DNA of 64,000 bases from an uncultured Treponema sp. (GTDB lineage: Bacteria > Spirochaetota > Spirochaetia > Treponematales > Treponemataceae): NCBI GenBank assembly GCA_964482455.1, contig CAYZXM010000002.1, positions 4,544 through 68,543 on the forward strand, in the 5' to 3' direction. Both the position numbers and the translations under genes were made by a program. This document shows, piece after piece, positions 55,110 through 64,000 of the stretch. The stretch's first letter is position 1. Each line of letters opens with the position of its first letter. The notes beneath the pieces are model-generated. The model saw only the letters and a program-made list of their open reading frames with translations, ran no database searches and had not been told where the DNA came from.

Positions 55110-55206
55110 AAAAAGTTCCAATTTGTTTTATAATGTTATTGTTTGTAAAACATATTATAACACAAGAATTCCTAAAATAATCTTTTGATTTTCCGATAAG
55201 TTAATT

Positions 55207-58200
55207 ATGAAAATTTCAAATAAACCGAATATTCTAGCTGGCTCAATTTTACTTTTAATAGCCGCTTTTTTTTCAATTTCGCTTGCTATTCTTCCACTTG
55301 ATTTTGGTCTTTTTGGGCCATCGTTGGAAAATGTTTTATACGCAACTGCATATTCATTAGGAAATATGCTTTTTTCTGTTTATGGTTTTTCTAGCATTTT
55401 AATTCCAGTTTTTCTTTTTATTGCAGGTCTTTCTTGTTTTGCTTCAAAATGGACTTCTAAAAAATCAATGCGACTTTTAACGGCGGTAATACCTTTTTTT
55501 ACTTCTGTTTTTACAGAAAAGTTATGCAGACATTTTTATTCAAATGCATTTGATGACTTTTCAACAATAAAGATCGCTTTAACTTTAAGTGCAGGAATAA
55601 TAATCGTAATTATAGAGATTCTTGTTGCAGGCCTTATTGCAGAACGTATAAATGATATGATTTTTCATCGTGAAAAATATATTGAAGAAAAACAAAAGAG
55701 AATGGCAGAAAATAAACATTCTTACAAAAAAGACGTTCAAAACGATATAGACAATGTAGATAATATAGAAGAAAACGAAAAAGATTATTTTGAAACAACA
55801 GAATCAGAAGAACCAAAAGAAGAAACAACAAATGAAACTATAAAAAAAGAAACGCAAACTGAAGTTGCTGATGAATCAGTTTATTATAAAGGTTTACAGT
55901 CAGAGCCATCAAATACAGATACAAACAAAATAGAAGAAAATGAAGGGGAAACCGAAGAACAAAAAAATATTGCATTTACAGATTTTGATCCTGCAAAAAC
56001 ATTACAAGAAGAAACTGATGTTCAAAAAGATGACCCGTTTGCAAACCTTTTTGATGATGAAAACGCAACAAATCCTTCTATGATTACTCAAGAAGAATAT
56101 GAAGCACTTAATGGTTTTAATGATATTTCTTCTGACGAAAACAATTCCGAAACAGAGCAAGAAGAACCTTTTGAAAGTCTTGAATGGCCAGACGAAGAAG
56201 AAATTAAATCAAAGGCGGGTGCAGTTGAAACTTTTGATGCACCAAAAAGCGAAAATGCAGATGAAGAAAACGAATCTTATGAAGATTATAATGAACGATT
56301 TAGTAATGAAAACGATGAAGAACAAAATTTAACCGAAGATTTTAGTAATGAAGATATAAATAACGAAGATAACAGTGATACTACTGAAGATTTTGACAAT
56401 ACGCAAAATAAAACAACATTAGATCCTGATTTTTTTGACATTGACTTAAATGCTCCAGAAGAAGAAATCGAAAACGATGAAACTTCGGACAGTTCAACAT
56501 TTTCTTTAAATTCTGATGTTTTTTCGGATATGGAAAATGATGCCAGAGAAGAATTAAAAGAGCATAACGAGCTAGATAATTTTAATGTTGAAACTCCTTT
56601 GGATAATTTTGATAAACTTAATGAAGATAATGAAGAAATTTCTTTTGATAAAGTTACAAATGAAACGCAAGAAGTAAAAGAAGATTCCAACGAAAATAGC
56701 GAAAGTAACGACAATAATATAGAAGAAATTGAAACAAAAGAAGATGATTTTATAGAGGATGATTCTGCAGAAGATTCTACACCAGAAAATCCTACAATTG
56801 AAGGTGTAAAAATAGAAACAGCTCCTATTCCAGAGCGAAAAATAATTAGTACAGAACCAAAAGAACCAATTTCGCATGTTGCAAAACCAAAAAAGCCATA
56901 CATTGTACCTACAGATTTACTTGAACAATATCAAGATGATCAGTATTGGCTTATAGATAATGAAACAAAAGATAGTGCCTTAAAATTAAAGAAGACTCTT
57001 TCAGATTTTGGAATAACTGCGGAAGTAATCGGAATAAAAAAAGGGCCGGTTGTTACAATGTTTGAAATTGCACCTGCACCGGGCGTAAAACTTAGTAAAA
57101 TCGTTACTCTGCAAGATAATATTGCTTTAAGTTTGGCCGCTTCAAGCGTTCGTATTGTTGCACCAATTCCTGGAAAAGCGGCTGTTGGAATTGAAGTTCC
57201 AAACAAAAAGCGTTCTATCGTAAGTTTTAGAGAAATGATTGAACAGGATCTTCCGGAATTTCAAAAAATGGCTATTCCAGTTATTTTAGGAAAAGACATT
57301 TTAGGAAAATCGCAGATAATTGATATTGCAAAAACTCCGCATCTTCTTATTGCTGGTGCTACAGGTGCCGGAAAATCAGTGTGCGTAAATTCAATAATTC
57401 TTTCTATATTATATAAACGTTCTCCACAGCAAGTAAAAATGATTCTTGTTGACCCTAAAGTTGTAGAACTTAAACTTTACAATGATATACCTCATCTTTT
57501 AACGCCAGTAATTACAGAACCTAAAAAAGCATTGCAAGTTTTGCAGTGGTGTTTGTGCGAAATGGAAAGGAGATATGCTTTGTTAGATCAAATGGGCGTT
57601 CGTGATATTTTAAATTATAACAAACGAATTGAAGACAGAAATATTGCAACAGAAAAATTACCATATATTGTAATCATCATTGATGAATTTGCAGATTTAA
57701 TGGCAACAAGCGGAAAAGAACTTGAATCGAATGTTGCTCGGCTTGCCGCAATGTCTAGAGCGGTTGGGCTTCACTTAGTTCTTGCAACACAACGGCCTTC
57801 TGTAAATGTTATTACAGGACTTATAAAAGCAAACATTCCAAGCCGAATTGCATTTATGGTTGCAAGCCGTACAGATTCAAACATTATTATTGATGCTGTT
57901 GGTGCAGAAAAACTTCTTGGCAAGGGCGATATGCTTTATGCTTCTGCTGTTAGTCCATATCCAGTGCGAATTCAAGGAACTTTTGAAAGTGATAGTGATG
58001 TTGAAAAAGTTGTTGAATATGTAAAAACATTAGGCGAACCAGATTATATTGACGAAGAAATATTTATCGATGACGAAGATGAAGAAGATGGGCAGGCAAA
58101 TTTCTTTGGCGACGAAGCAGATCCATTGTATGAACAAGCATTAGATATTGTAATTCAGTCAGGAAAAGCTAGTGCAAGTTATATTCAAAGACGATTAAAA

Positions 58201-58308
58201 GTAGGATACAATCGGGCTGCTCGTCTTGTAGAAGAAATGGAAGCACGCGGAATTGTAGGACCTGCAAATGGTTCTAAACCACGCGAAATAATTCACGTTC
58301 CAGGATAA
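55207..58308 (+). CDS. ftsK: DNA translocase FtsK/SpoIIIE with ~400-aa acidic low-complexity linker
   Basis: 4 N-terminal TM helices, a D/E/N-rich linker, the motor with Walker A GATGAGKSV and Walker B IVIIIDEFADLM, and the gamma wHTH ASASYIQRRLKVGYNRAARLVEEME. Confidence 0.9.
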   Translation: MKISNKPNILAGSILLLIAAFFSISLAILPLDFGLFGPSLENVLYATAYSLGNMLFSVYGFSSILIPVFLFIAGLSCFASKWTSKKSMRLLTAVIPFFTSVFTEKLCRHFYSNAFDDFSTIKIALTLSAGIIIVIIEILVAGLIAERINDMIFHREKYIEEKQKRMAENKHSYKKDVQNDIDNVDNIEENEKDYFETTESEEPKEETTNETIKKETQTEVADESVYYKGLQSEPSNTDTNKIEENEGETEEQKNIAFTDFDPAKTLQEETDVQKDDPFANLFDDENATNPSMITQEEYEALNGFNDISSDENNSETEQEEPFESLEWPDEEEIKSKAGAVETFDAPKSENADEENESYEDYNERFSNENDEEQNLTEDFSNEDINNEDNSDTTEDFDNTQNKTTLDPDFFDIDLNAPEEEIENDETSDSSTFSLNSDVFSDMENDAREELKEHNELDNFNVETPLDNFDKLNEDNEEISFDKVTNETQEVKEDSNENSESNDNNIEEIETKEDDFIEDDSAEDSTPENPTIEGVKIETAPIPERKIISTEPKEPISHVAKPKKPYIVPTDLLEQYQDDQYWLIDNETKDSALKLKKTLSDFGITAEVIGIKKGPVVTMFEIAPAPGVKLSKIVTLQDNIALSLAASSVRIVAPIPGKAAVGIEVPNKKRSIVSFREMIEQDLPEFQKMAIPVILGKDILGKSQIIDIAKTPHLLIAGATGAGKSVCVNSIILSILYKRSPQQVKMILVDPKVVELKLYNDIPHLLTPVITEPKKALQVLQWCLCEMERRYALLDQMGVRDILNYNKRIEDRNIATEKLPYIVIIIDEFADLMATSGKELESNVARLAAMSRAVGLHLVLATQRPSVNVITGLIKANIPSRIAFMVASRTDSNIIIDAVGAEKLLGKGDMLYASAVSPYPVRIQGTFESDSDVEKVVEYVKTLGEPDYIDEEIFIDDEDEEDGQANFFGDEADPLYEQALDIVIQSGKASASYIQRRLKVGYNRAARLVEEMEARGIVGPANGSKPREIIHVPG

Positions 58309-58398
58309 AAAGAAAAATTGCATTTTACCAGTGTAATAGATAATTTTTCTTATTTATATTAGAATAAAAATGTTATTTTGAATTGAAGGAAATGCTGT

Positions 58399-59259
58399 AT
58401 GTTTAAGATTCTTGAAAAACGTAAGCTGTCGGAAGCATCCGCAACTTGGTACATGAAGGTTGAAGCACCGGAAATCGCTCGCAACCGTAAGGCCGGACAA
58501 TTTATTATTTTGCAGGTGGATGCTGAATTTGGCGAAAGAATTCCACTTACTATCGCAGATGCAAATGCTGATGAAGGTTGGATTGCCCTTGCTTTTCAGG
58601 CTGTAGGTGCTACAACTTACAAACTTTCATTAAAAAATGTTGGAGATGAACTCGCTGCTTTGCTTGGTCCTCTTGGAAATCCTTCTGTTATAGAAAAAAA
58701 GGATGGTCCAGTTGTTGTAGTTGGCGGTGGTTTTGGTGTTGCCCCATGTTATCCGATTGTTCAGGCTCATAAAGCTATTGGAAACAAAGTAATTGTTGTA
58801 ATTGCTGCCCGAACAAAAGATTTGTTGATTTATGTAGACGAAATGAAGGCAATTGCCGACGAAGTTATCATTATGACCGATGATGGTTCTGCAGGGCGTC
58901 AGGGTGTTTCTACCGTTCCTCTAAAAGAAATGTGTGAATCGCAGACTCCTCCAGCAGAAGTTATTGCAATTGGCCCTCCAATTATGATGAAATTCTGTGC
59001 TTTGACTACAAAACCTTTTAATGTTCCAACAACAGTTTCTTTAAATACAATTATGATTGACGGAACTGGAATGTGTGGTGGATGTCGAGTTTCTATCGGT
59101 GGCGAAACAAAATTCGTTTGCGTTGACGGCCCTGAATTCGATGCTCATCAGGTTGACTGGGACAATATGATGATGCGTATGAAATCTTTTAAAGAACGTG
59201 AAACAGAAGATTTCCACAAATGTAAGATGCAGGCTCAGGCTGACGCTCTTGCAAAATAA
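58399..59259 (+). CDS. nfnA: Sulfide/dihydroorotate dehydrogenase-like FAD/NAD-binding protein (NfnA-type small subunit)
   Basis: Ferredoxin-reductase-like fold (GQFIILQV, RIPLTIAD, VVVGGGFGVAP) and a C-terminal 2Fe-2S motif GMCGGCRV. It is paired with a GltD-like subunit. Confidence 0.75.
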   Translation: MFKILEKRKLSEASATWYMKVEAPEIARNRKAGQFIILQVDAEFGERIPLTIADANADEGWIALAFQAVGATTYKLSLKNVGDELAALLGPLGNPSVIEKKDGPVVVVGGGFGVAPCYPIVQAHKAIGNKVIVVIAARTKDLLIYVDEMKAIADEVIIMTDDGSAGRQGVSTVPLKEMCESQTPPAEVIAIGPPIMMKFCALTTKPFNVPTTVSLNTIMIDGTGMCGGCRVSIGGETKFVCVDGPEFDAHQVDWDNMMMRMKSFKERETEDFHKCKMQAQADALAK

Positions 59260-59277
59260 TTTATAAAAGGGAATAGT

Positions 59278-60762
59278 ATGGCACATAAAACTATAGAAGA
59301 ATTAGATAAAATCGCAAAAGACGAACTTTCAAAAATCGAAGGAAAAGAACTTACAAATAAAGATAGAATGGCAATTCCTCAGCAGGAAATGCCTAGTCGC
59401 GAACCAAAAGAACGCGCTCGCCAGATGGCAGAAGTTGCTTTAGGTTACACAGAAGCTCAGGCCGTTACAGAAGCAAACCGTTGTTTACAGTGTAAAAATA
59501 TGCCTTGTATTAACGGTTGTCCGGTTGGAGTAAAAATCCCGCAGTTCATTGCAAAAATTGCTCAAAAAGATTTTAAGGGTGCTGTTGATACAATTAAAGA
59601 AACTTCGCTCTTACCTGCAATTTGTGGTCGTGTTTGCCCTCAGGAAAAACAGTGTCAGGGTCAGTGTACTGTAGGAAAAGTTTATAAATCTGCAGAAAAA
59701 GCTGTTTCAATCGGTCGTTTGGAACGATTTGTTGCTGATTGGGAACGCGAAAACAACAAAGTTACAATGCCAACAATCGCTGCAAAAACAGGAAAAAAAG
59801 TTGCAGTCATTGGTGCAGGTCCAGCTGGTCTTACAGTTGCCGCAGATTGTGCTCGTGCAGGTCACGAAGTTACAGTTTTTGAAGCATTCCATAAGGCCGG
59901 TGGCGTAATGATGTACGGAATTCCAGAATTCCGTTTGCCAAAAGCAATTGTTCAGAATGAAATTGATAACCTTAAAAAGATGGGCGTTAAGTTTGAATGT
60001 AACTTCTTGGTTGGCCGAACAGATACACTTGATCAGCTTTTAAGCGAAAAAGGATTTGATGCCGCTTTTGTTGGAACAGGTGCTGGTCTTCCAAAGTTTA
60101 TGAAGATTCCTGGTGAAAATTTAATCGGTGTATTTAGTGCAAACGAATATTTAACTCGTGCCAATTTAATGAAAGGTTACGACAAAGAACACGCCGCAAC
60201 TCCAATTTACGAAGCAAAGCATGTTGTAGTTTGTGGTGCTGGAAATGTTGCAATGGATGCAGCCCGAATGGCATTCCGTTTGGGAGCAGAAGAAGTTGAT
60301 ATTGTTTACCGCCGAACACGAAAAGAAATGCCTGCTCGTTTGGAAGAAATTGCCCATGCCGAAGAAGAAGGCGTAAACTTCCGCTTCCTTGAAAATCCAG
60401 TTGAAGTTTTAGGAACAGAAGACGGTCATGTTCGTGGCGTAAAAGTTTTGTCTTACGAACTTGGCGAACCAGATGCTTCCGGCAGAAGAAGTCCAGTTGC
60501 AATTCCTGGAAGTGAACACGAAATCCCTTGTGATGCAATGATTGTTGCTCTTGGTAATGGTTCAAATCCGCTTTTGGTAAAAACAACACCTGGCTTAAAT
60601 CAGGATGCAAAAGGCCATATTGCTGTAGACGAAAATCAGGCTACAAGCAAAGCAAAAGTTTGGGCTGGTGGAGACATCGTTTTAGGTGCCGCAACTGTAA
60701 TTCTTGCAATGGGTGAAGGCCGAAAAGCTGCCGCTGCAATGAATGAATATCTTGCAAAATAA
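59278..60762 (+). CDS. nfnB: GltD-family NADPH-dependent oxidoreductase (NfnB-type large subunit / glutamate synthase small-chain homologue)
   Basis: Two Fe-S cysteine clusters (CLQCKNMPCINGCPV; CGRVCPQEKQCQGQC), an FAD site VIGAGPAGL and an NADPH site CGAGNVAMD. Confidence 0.8.
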   Translation: MAHKTIEELDKIAKDELSKIEGKELTNKDRMAIPQQEMPSREPKERARQMAEVALGYTEAQAVTEANRCLQCKNMPCINGCPVGVKIPQFIAKIAQKDFKGAVDTIKETSLLPAICGRVCPQEKQCQGQCTVGKVYKSAEKAVSIGRLERFVADWERENNKVTMPTIAAKTGKKVAVIGAGPAGLTVAADCARAGHEVTVFEAFHKAGGVMMYGIPEFRLPKAIVQNEIDNLKKMGVKFECNFLVGRTDTLDQLLSEKGFDAAFVGTGAGLPKFMKIPGENLIGVFSANEYLTRANLMKGYDKEHAATPIYEAKHVVVCGAGNVAMDAARMAFRLGAEEVDIVYRRTRKEMPARLEEIAHAEEEGVNFRFLENPVEVLGTEDGHVRGVKVLSYELGEPDASGRRSPVAIPGSEHEIPCDAMIVALGNGSNPLLVKTTPGLNQDAKGHIAVDENQATSKAKVWAGGDIVLGAATVILAMGEGRKAAAAMNEYLAK

Positions 60763-60796
60763 AAGATAAATATTTAAAAAAAATATTTTTTAAAGA

Positions 60797-60831
60797 AAGG
60801 CGTACTTTTTTATTAAAGTGCGTCTTTTTTT
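60797..60831 (+). terminator. Candidate rho-independent terminator after nfnB
   Basis: AAGGCGTAC-(12 nt)-GTGCGTCTT (two G-U pairs) followed by a T-run. Confidence 0.45.
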
Positions 60832-60850
60832 ATTTTCACAGTTTTTTAGA

Positions 60851-61531
60851 TTAAATATCTTTGTGAATTGTATTTTTCTTACTAAAAACACAGCCACAGT
60901 ATTGCTGGCGGTAAAGGTCATATTCTTTTGAAAGTTCAAGACTTCGCTTAAAGCCGTTGTTTTTCTTAAAGTCAGAAAAGAGCCATTTAGGATTTTGTTT
61001 AGAGGAATCAACATTGATTGCAGAAAGAAGTGAGCCAATTTCATTTATTTTTTCTGCATCTTTAAATGGAGAAATGCTTAAAGTTGTGCAAAAATATTCA
61101 AAATTGTGTAAGAGTGCATATTCATATGCTTTTTTTAAACGAAATTCATAGCAGCGGCGACAGCGTTCGCCCTTTTCTTTTTCTTCTGCAAATTCTGGAT
61201 GATGGGAAATGTCTATTGCGTTGTAAAAATCGTTTGGGTCATAATTTTGTTCAACAAGTTTTACATTATTTTTAAATGCAATAGGAAATCTTGGCAGTAA
61301 GTTTTTAAGTTCTGTAAGACGACGCTCATATTCTTCTTTTGGATAAATGTTTGGATTGTAATAAAAAATCGTAATGTCAAAAAAAGAGGCTAGATATTCA
61401 AGAACATAAGAAGAACAAGGACCGCAACAAGCATGAAGCAATAAAGAAGGTCTGCTTTTTGAATCAGACAGACCTTCTATTATGTGTTCAAGTTCTTTTT
61501 GATAATTTCTTTTAACAGATTTCGCAGTCAT
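60851..61531 (-). CDS. queH: Epoxyqueuosine reductase QueH (DUF208)
   Basis: Cysteine pattern LLLHACCGPCSSY ... RCRRCYEFRL ... YCGCVFS, typical of QueH. Its start overlaps the pheT 3' end by 20 nt. Confidence 0.85.
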   Translation of the reverse strand: MTAKSVKRNYQKELEHIIEGLSDSKSRPSLLLHACCGPCSSYVLEYLASFFDITIFYYNPNIYPKEEYERRLTELKNLLPRFPIAFKNNVKLVEQNYDPNDFYNAIDISHHPEFAEEKEKGERCRRCYEFRLKKAYEYALLHNFEYFCTTLSISPFKDAEKINEIGSLLSAINVDSSKQNPKWLFSDFKKNNGFKRSLELSKEYDLYRQQYCGCVFSKKNTIHKDI

Positions 61532-63842
61532 TCGACTTAGATGTAGTTAAAGGCTTACCATCGGCAGTTAATTTTTTGCCGGCAATCTGTGCTGTAAAAT
61601 CTTTTATCCGCATTTCTACCTTACAGAACTTATCAATATCGATTTTTGCAGGCTTCTGGAAGTTTGGATCAGCACCTTCAAGAACTACTGGTGTTCCTGC
61701 TGCAGCCCATGGAGCAGTAAGAAGTTCAACTTTTTCTTTACCATCTTCTGTATAATCTGCTGCAAGTAACATTCCTCTGCTTTCTACACCTTTCATTTTG
61801 CGCGGTGCAAGATTTGATGCAATTATTACATGCTGGCCAAGAAGTTCTTCTTCTTTAAGGTACTGTCTTAAACCAGACTGAATAATTCTATCTTCCCCAG
61901 AACCGTCGTCCATATGTTCAATATAAAGGCGGTCGCCTTGAGGATTGCATTCAACAGATTTAATTACTGCAACTTTTAATTCAATATGTTCATTAAAATA
62001 TGCAACCTGATCTTCTGCAAGTTTTGGTCCTTCTGATTTTGCAGGAGCAACAGGCTTCTTTTCTGTTTTTGCATTTTCGCTAGGCTTTGTTCCATGGTTT
62101 TCTTTTGGAGTTGCCTCTAAAAGTTCTTCAAGGTCAAGTTCGCCACCAAAACAAGGAACAGTAATTGTCCAGTTTTCAAGAACCTGAGGATGAACTTCGC
62201 CAAATACGCCAACCTGCTTACCTTTTACAATAACAGCAGCCTGTCGACCTAAAATAAAGCGAGGGTCATTCGATTCTTTTACTTCATATTTATGGTCAAG
62301 GAAGTAGAGTACAGATGCAACTTCTGATGCGGCAGTGTTATAGTTTGCATTTGATTCTGCGGTAAGGAAACCAAGACACTGACGAGTTCGTGTGCCGGTA
62401 TTTTCTTTATCACAAAGATAAGCAACTTTACCAATTTCAAAAATCTTATGAGGATAAATTGCATTTGCAGATTTAGATTCAGAGCGAAGCAAAGAAGAAA
62501 GAATATCTGAACGTACAAACTGATAGTTTTCGCTCATTGGGTTTGCAATTTCAATTACACGAGCAGGGTCAATATTCATATTTTCGATATAATCTTTTCG
62601 TGAACCAACATAATTAAAAATCATTTCCTGATAGCCAAGACCGACCATTAATGTTTTTGCCTTTCTTGAATAGTAAGTTATTGGAAGAAGCCTACCAATC
62701 GTAAAATCGTTTGGTTTTGCCGGTTCGTAAGTTTCAAGTTTTGTGCCAATCATAACATCTTCAATAACGTCTACTTCGTGAAGAAAATCGTTTCGGTATG
62801 GTGCAGGGGAAAGTGTATATTCAAAATCATCATCAGCAATTTTCTTTGAAACAACTTTTGAACCCATTCTTGTAAGAGCATCAAGAATAGTTGCATCGTC
62901 AAAATTTGTTCCAAGAAGTTTATTAATGTGCTTTAAAGTTGCTTTTGTTTGCGGCTGAAAATAGAACGGAGCGGTAACATCGCGGCCAAAACAAGTGTCA
63001 TAAGGGTGTTTTACCATTACAGGTTCAATTTCGTATCCTACGTCAGCAAAATCGCAGGCAACGATATTTGCAGCAAGCATAAGATTTTCCATATTATCGC
63101 CGGTAAGTTCAACCATAAGACCTTTATCGCCAACTTGAACAGCCCCAAGAGTTGCACTGTTGATTACAGGTGCCATAGACATAATTTCGTTTTTATCATC
63201 AACAAGCAAAGGGAATTTTTTAAAATCTTTAAGAATCCATCCAAAATCTTTTCCTTTTGGATGTTCTGTAAGAATCTGACGGCAAGTCATAGGTTTTTCA
63301 AACTGAAGTGGAACAAAAGAAGTTTTATCAGGGTCAACTGCGTTGTAATGAACAGGGAACTTTATATCTTGAACACGATAAACGCCCATTGAAATTGATT
63401 TACGTTTACGGCCAAAGTTCCATGCAAGTTTTTCCTGAGTTTGAATAATATCTTTAAGCATAGGTTCGTCGATAGGTTTTCCATTTATTACAAAGGCAAC
63501 CATATATGGACGAATATCTTTAAGTTCAGGGTCTACAATTGCAATTCGGTTTGCACAATCTTTTATATCGCCTTTTTTTGAAAGAAACTTTGAATAGTCA
63601 GCAGTTTTTCCGCCACGATGAAGTTTTAACTGACGAGCGACACCGTTCGTTGACCATAAATCCGGGCGATTTGTATCATTAAGTTCAATTTTTATAATTC
63701 TTTCGGATTCAGGTTTTGAAGTATCTGGTTTTTCATCAAGTTCAGCCTTTGCATAGGTTAAAACTTTTTCCAAGTCATCATAAGTATATTTTTTTTCAAG
63801 AAGATTAAAGAAAAGTTGTTCATTTACTTCAATTTTTGGCAT
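61512..63842 (-). CDS. pheT: Phenylalanine--tRNA ligase beta subunit, archaeal/spirochaete type, with C-terminal Trbp111/EMAP-like tRNA-binding domain
   Basis: MPKIEVNEQLFFNLL... N-terminus, B3/4 and B5-like regions, and a Lys/Pro/Ala linker. The C-terminal OB domain reads DRLYIEHMDDGSGEDRIIQSGL...LAPRKMKGVESRGMLLAA. GAGGAA followed by ATG 63842 is preferred over the track start 63905. Confidence 0.85.
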   Translation of the reverse strand: MPKIEVNEQLFFNLLEKKYTYDDLEKVLTYAKAELDEKPDTSKPESERIIKIELNDTNRPDLWSTNGVARQLKLHRGGKTADYSKFLSKKGDIKDCANRIAIVDPELKDIRPYMVAFVINGKPIDEPMLKDIIQTQEKLAWNFGRKRKSISMGVYRVQDIKFPVHYNAVDPDKTSFVPLQFEKPMTCRQILTEHPKGKDFGWILKDFKKFPLLVDDKNEIMSMAPVINSATLGAVQVGDKGLMVELTGDNMENLMLAANIVACDFADVGYEIEPVMVKHPYDTCFGRDVTAPFYFQPQTKATLKHINKLLGTNFDDATILDALTRMGSKVVSKKIADDDFEYTLSPAPYRNDFLHEVDVIEDVMIGTKLETYEPAKPNDFTIGRLLPITYYSRKAKTLMVGLGYQEMIFNYVGSRKDYIENMNIDPARVIEIANPMSENYQFVRSDILSSLLRSESKSANAIYPHKIFEIGKVAYLCDKENTGTRTRQCLGFLTAESNANYNTAASEVASVLYFLDHKYEVKESNDPRFILGRQAAVIVKGKQVGVFGEVHPQVLENWTITVPCFGGELDLEELLEATPKENHGTKPSENAKTEKKPVAPAKSEGPKLAEDQVAYFNEHIELKVAVIKSVECNPQGDRLYIEHMDDGSGEDRIIQSGLRQYLKEEELLGQHVIIASNLAPRKMKGVESRGMLLAADYTEDGKEKVELLTAPWAAAGTPVVLEGADPNFQKPAKIDIDKFCKVEMRIKDFTAQIAGKKLTADGKPLTTSKSNDCEIC

Positions 63843-64000
63843 TTTATTCCTCGAAAGTATTTTAAATAGATAAATTATTATAAATAAATATAAAGAAACA
63901 TTCAATTTATTATTTTATTAAGTTTTGCAAAGGTAAGTAAGAAACAGTGTTTTAAAATGTAGGTAATATGCGACGCAAGTATCTAGGTAATTACGGCACA

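Noticed and set aside
56286-56903. 205-aa Ser/Phe-rich ORF, plus a 101-aa ORF at 56572-56877, antisense to ftsK
   Set aside because: These are the mirror image of the GAA/GAT/AAT-rich acidic linker codons of ftsK. The composition is low-complexity, there is no RBS, and both lie fully inside a well-supported gene.
60555-60575. GGTTCAAATCC, a tRNA T-loop-like string
   Set aside because: It lies in frame inside nfnB (..LGNGSNPLL..) and has no acceptor, D or anticodon arms around it. I found no tRNA or rRNA genes in the window.
60134-60610. 158-aa antisense ORF within nfnB, and similar antisense or overlapping ORFs at 29782-30189, 11301-11648, 12393-12719, 14036-14305, 62949-63392, 45919-46228 and elsewhere
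   Set aside because: All lie inside genes with strong motif support on the other strand or frame. None has a recognisable motif or RBS, and their composition matches antisense translation.
1-64000. Mobile elements, prophage, genomic island or known defence systems (RM, TA, CRISPR-Cas, Abi, CBASS and so on)
   Set aside because: I recognised no integrase, transposase, recombinase, phage structural, toxin-antitoxin or methyltransferase/restriction gene pair. The only nuclease-fold hit (15864-17228) is a TPR fusion with apparently degenerate catalytic residues. Gene content is core housekeeping with uniform AT-rich composition.

Overview
AT-rich bacterial chromosome segment (roughly one-third G+C by eye) covering the replication-origin neighbourhood of what looks like a spirochaete, probably Treponema-like. 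The taxon call rests on three things: dnaA-dnaN-recF-DUF721 followed by rpmH-rnpA-yidD-yidC-jag on the minus strand with divergent gyrB-gyrA, an archaeal-type PheT, and a cyclophilin-FKBP dual immunophilin. There are about 55 tightly packed protein genes, mostly housekeeping. They include a fused Opp-type ABC permease/ATPase behind a DtxR-family regulator, ilvB, livHMGF, nnr, an HPt / hybrid histidine kinase / REC-HD-GYP signalling cluster, and Lrp plus an aminotransferase. Also present are rsmG, glnA plus an ANTAR regulator, FMN-riboswitch-controlled ribE-ribBA-ribH, a LysR regulator, asnB, argA, trkAH, a fused pyrK-pyrD, an OmpA-family protein, ftsK, an nfnAB-like oxidoreductase, queH and pheT. 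I see no rRNA, tRNA, CRISPR array, transposase, integrase, phage genes or recognisable defence genes. I cannot point to a clear-cut new multi-gene system. The strongest unexplained signals are: (i) a perfectly phased array of seven 22-bp direct repeats just upstream of the rib promoter; (ii) a four-gene operon of uncharacterised proteins (DUF2804-like, 658-aa orphan, SprT-like HExxH protein, secreted protein) apparently co-transcribed with rsmG; (iii) a GC-rich structured ~80-nt element present twice in opposite orientations, one copy inside a complex asnB leader; (iv) the best DnaA-box cluster lying downstream of gyrA rather than beside dnaA; (v) a C11 homopolymer at the 3' end of the hybrid kinase gene; (vi) an unusual number of domain fusions. 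All functional calls come from motif recognition by eye; no database search or computation was run.
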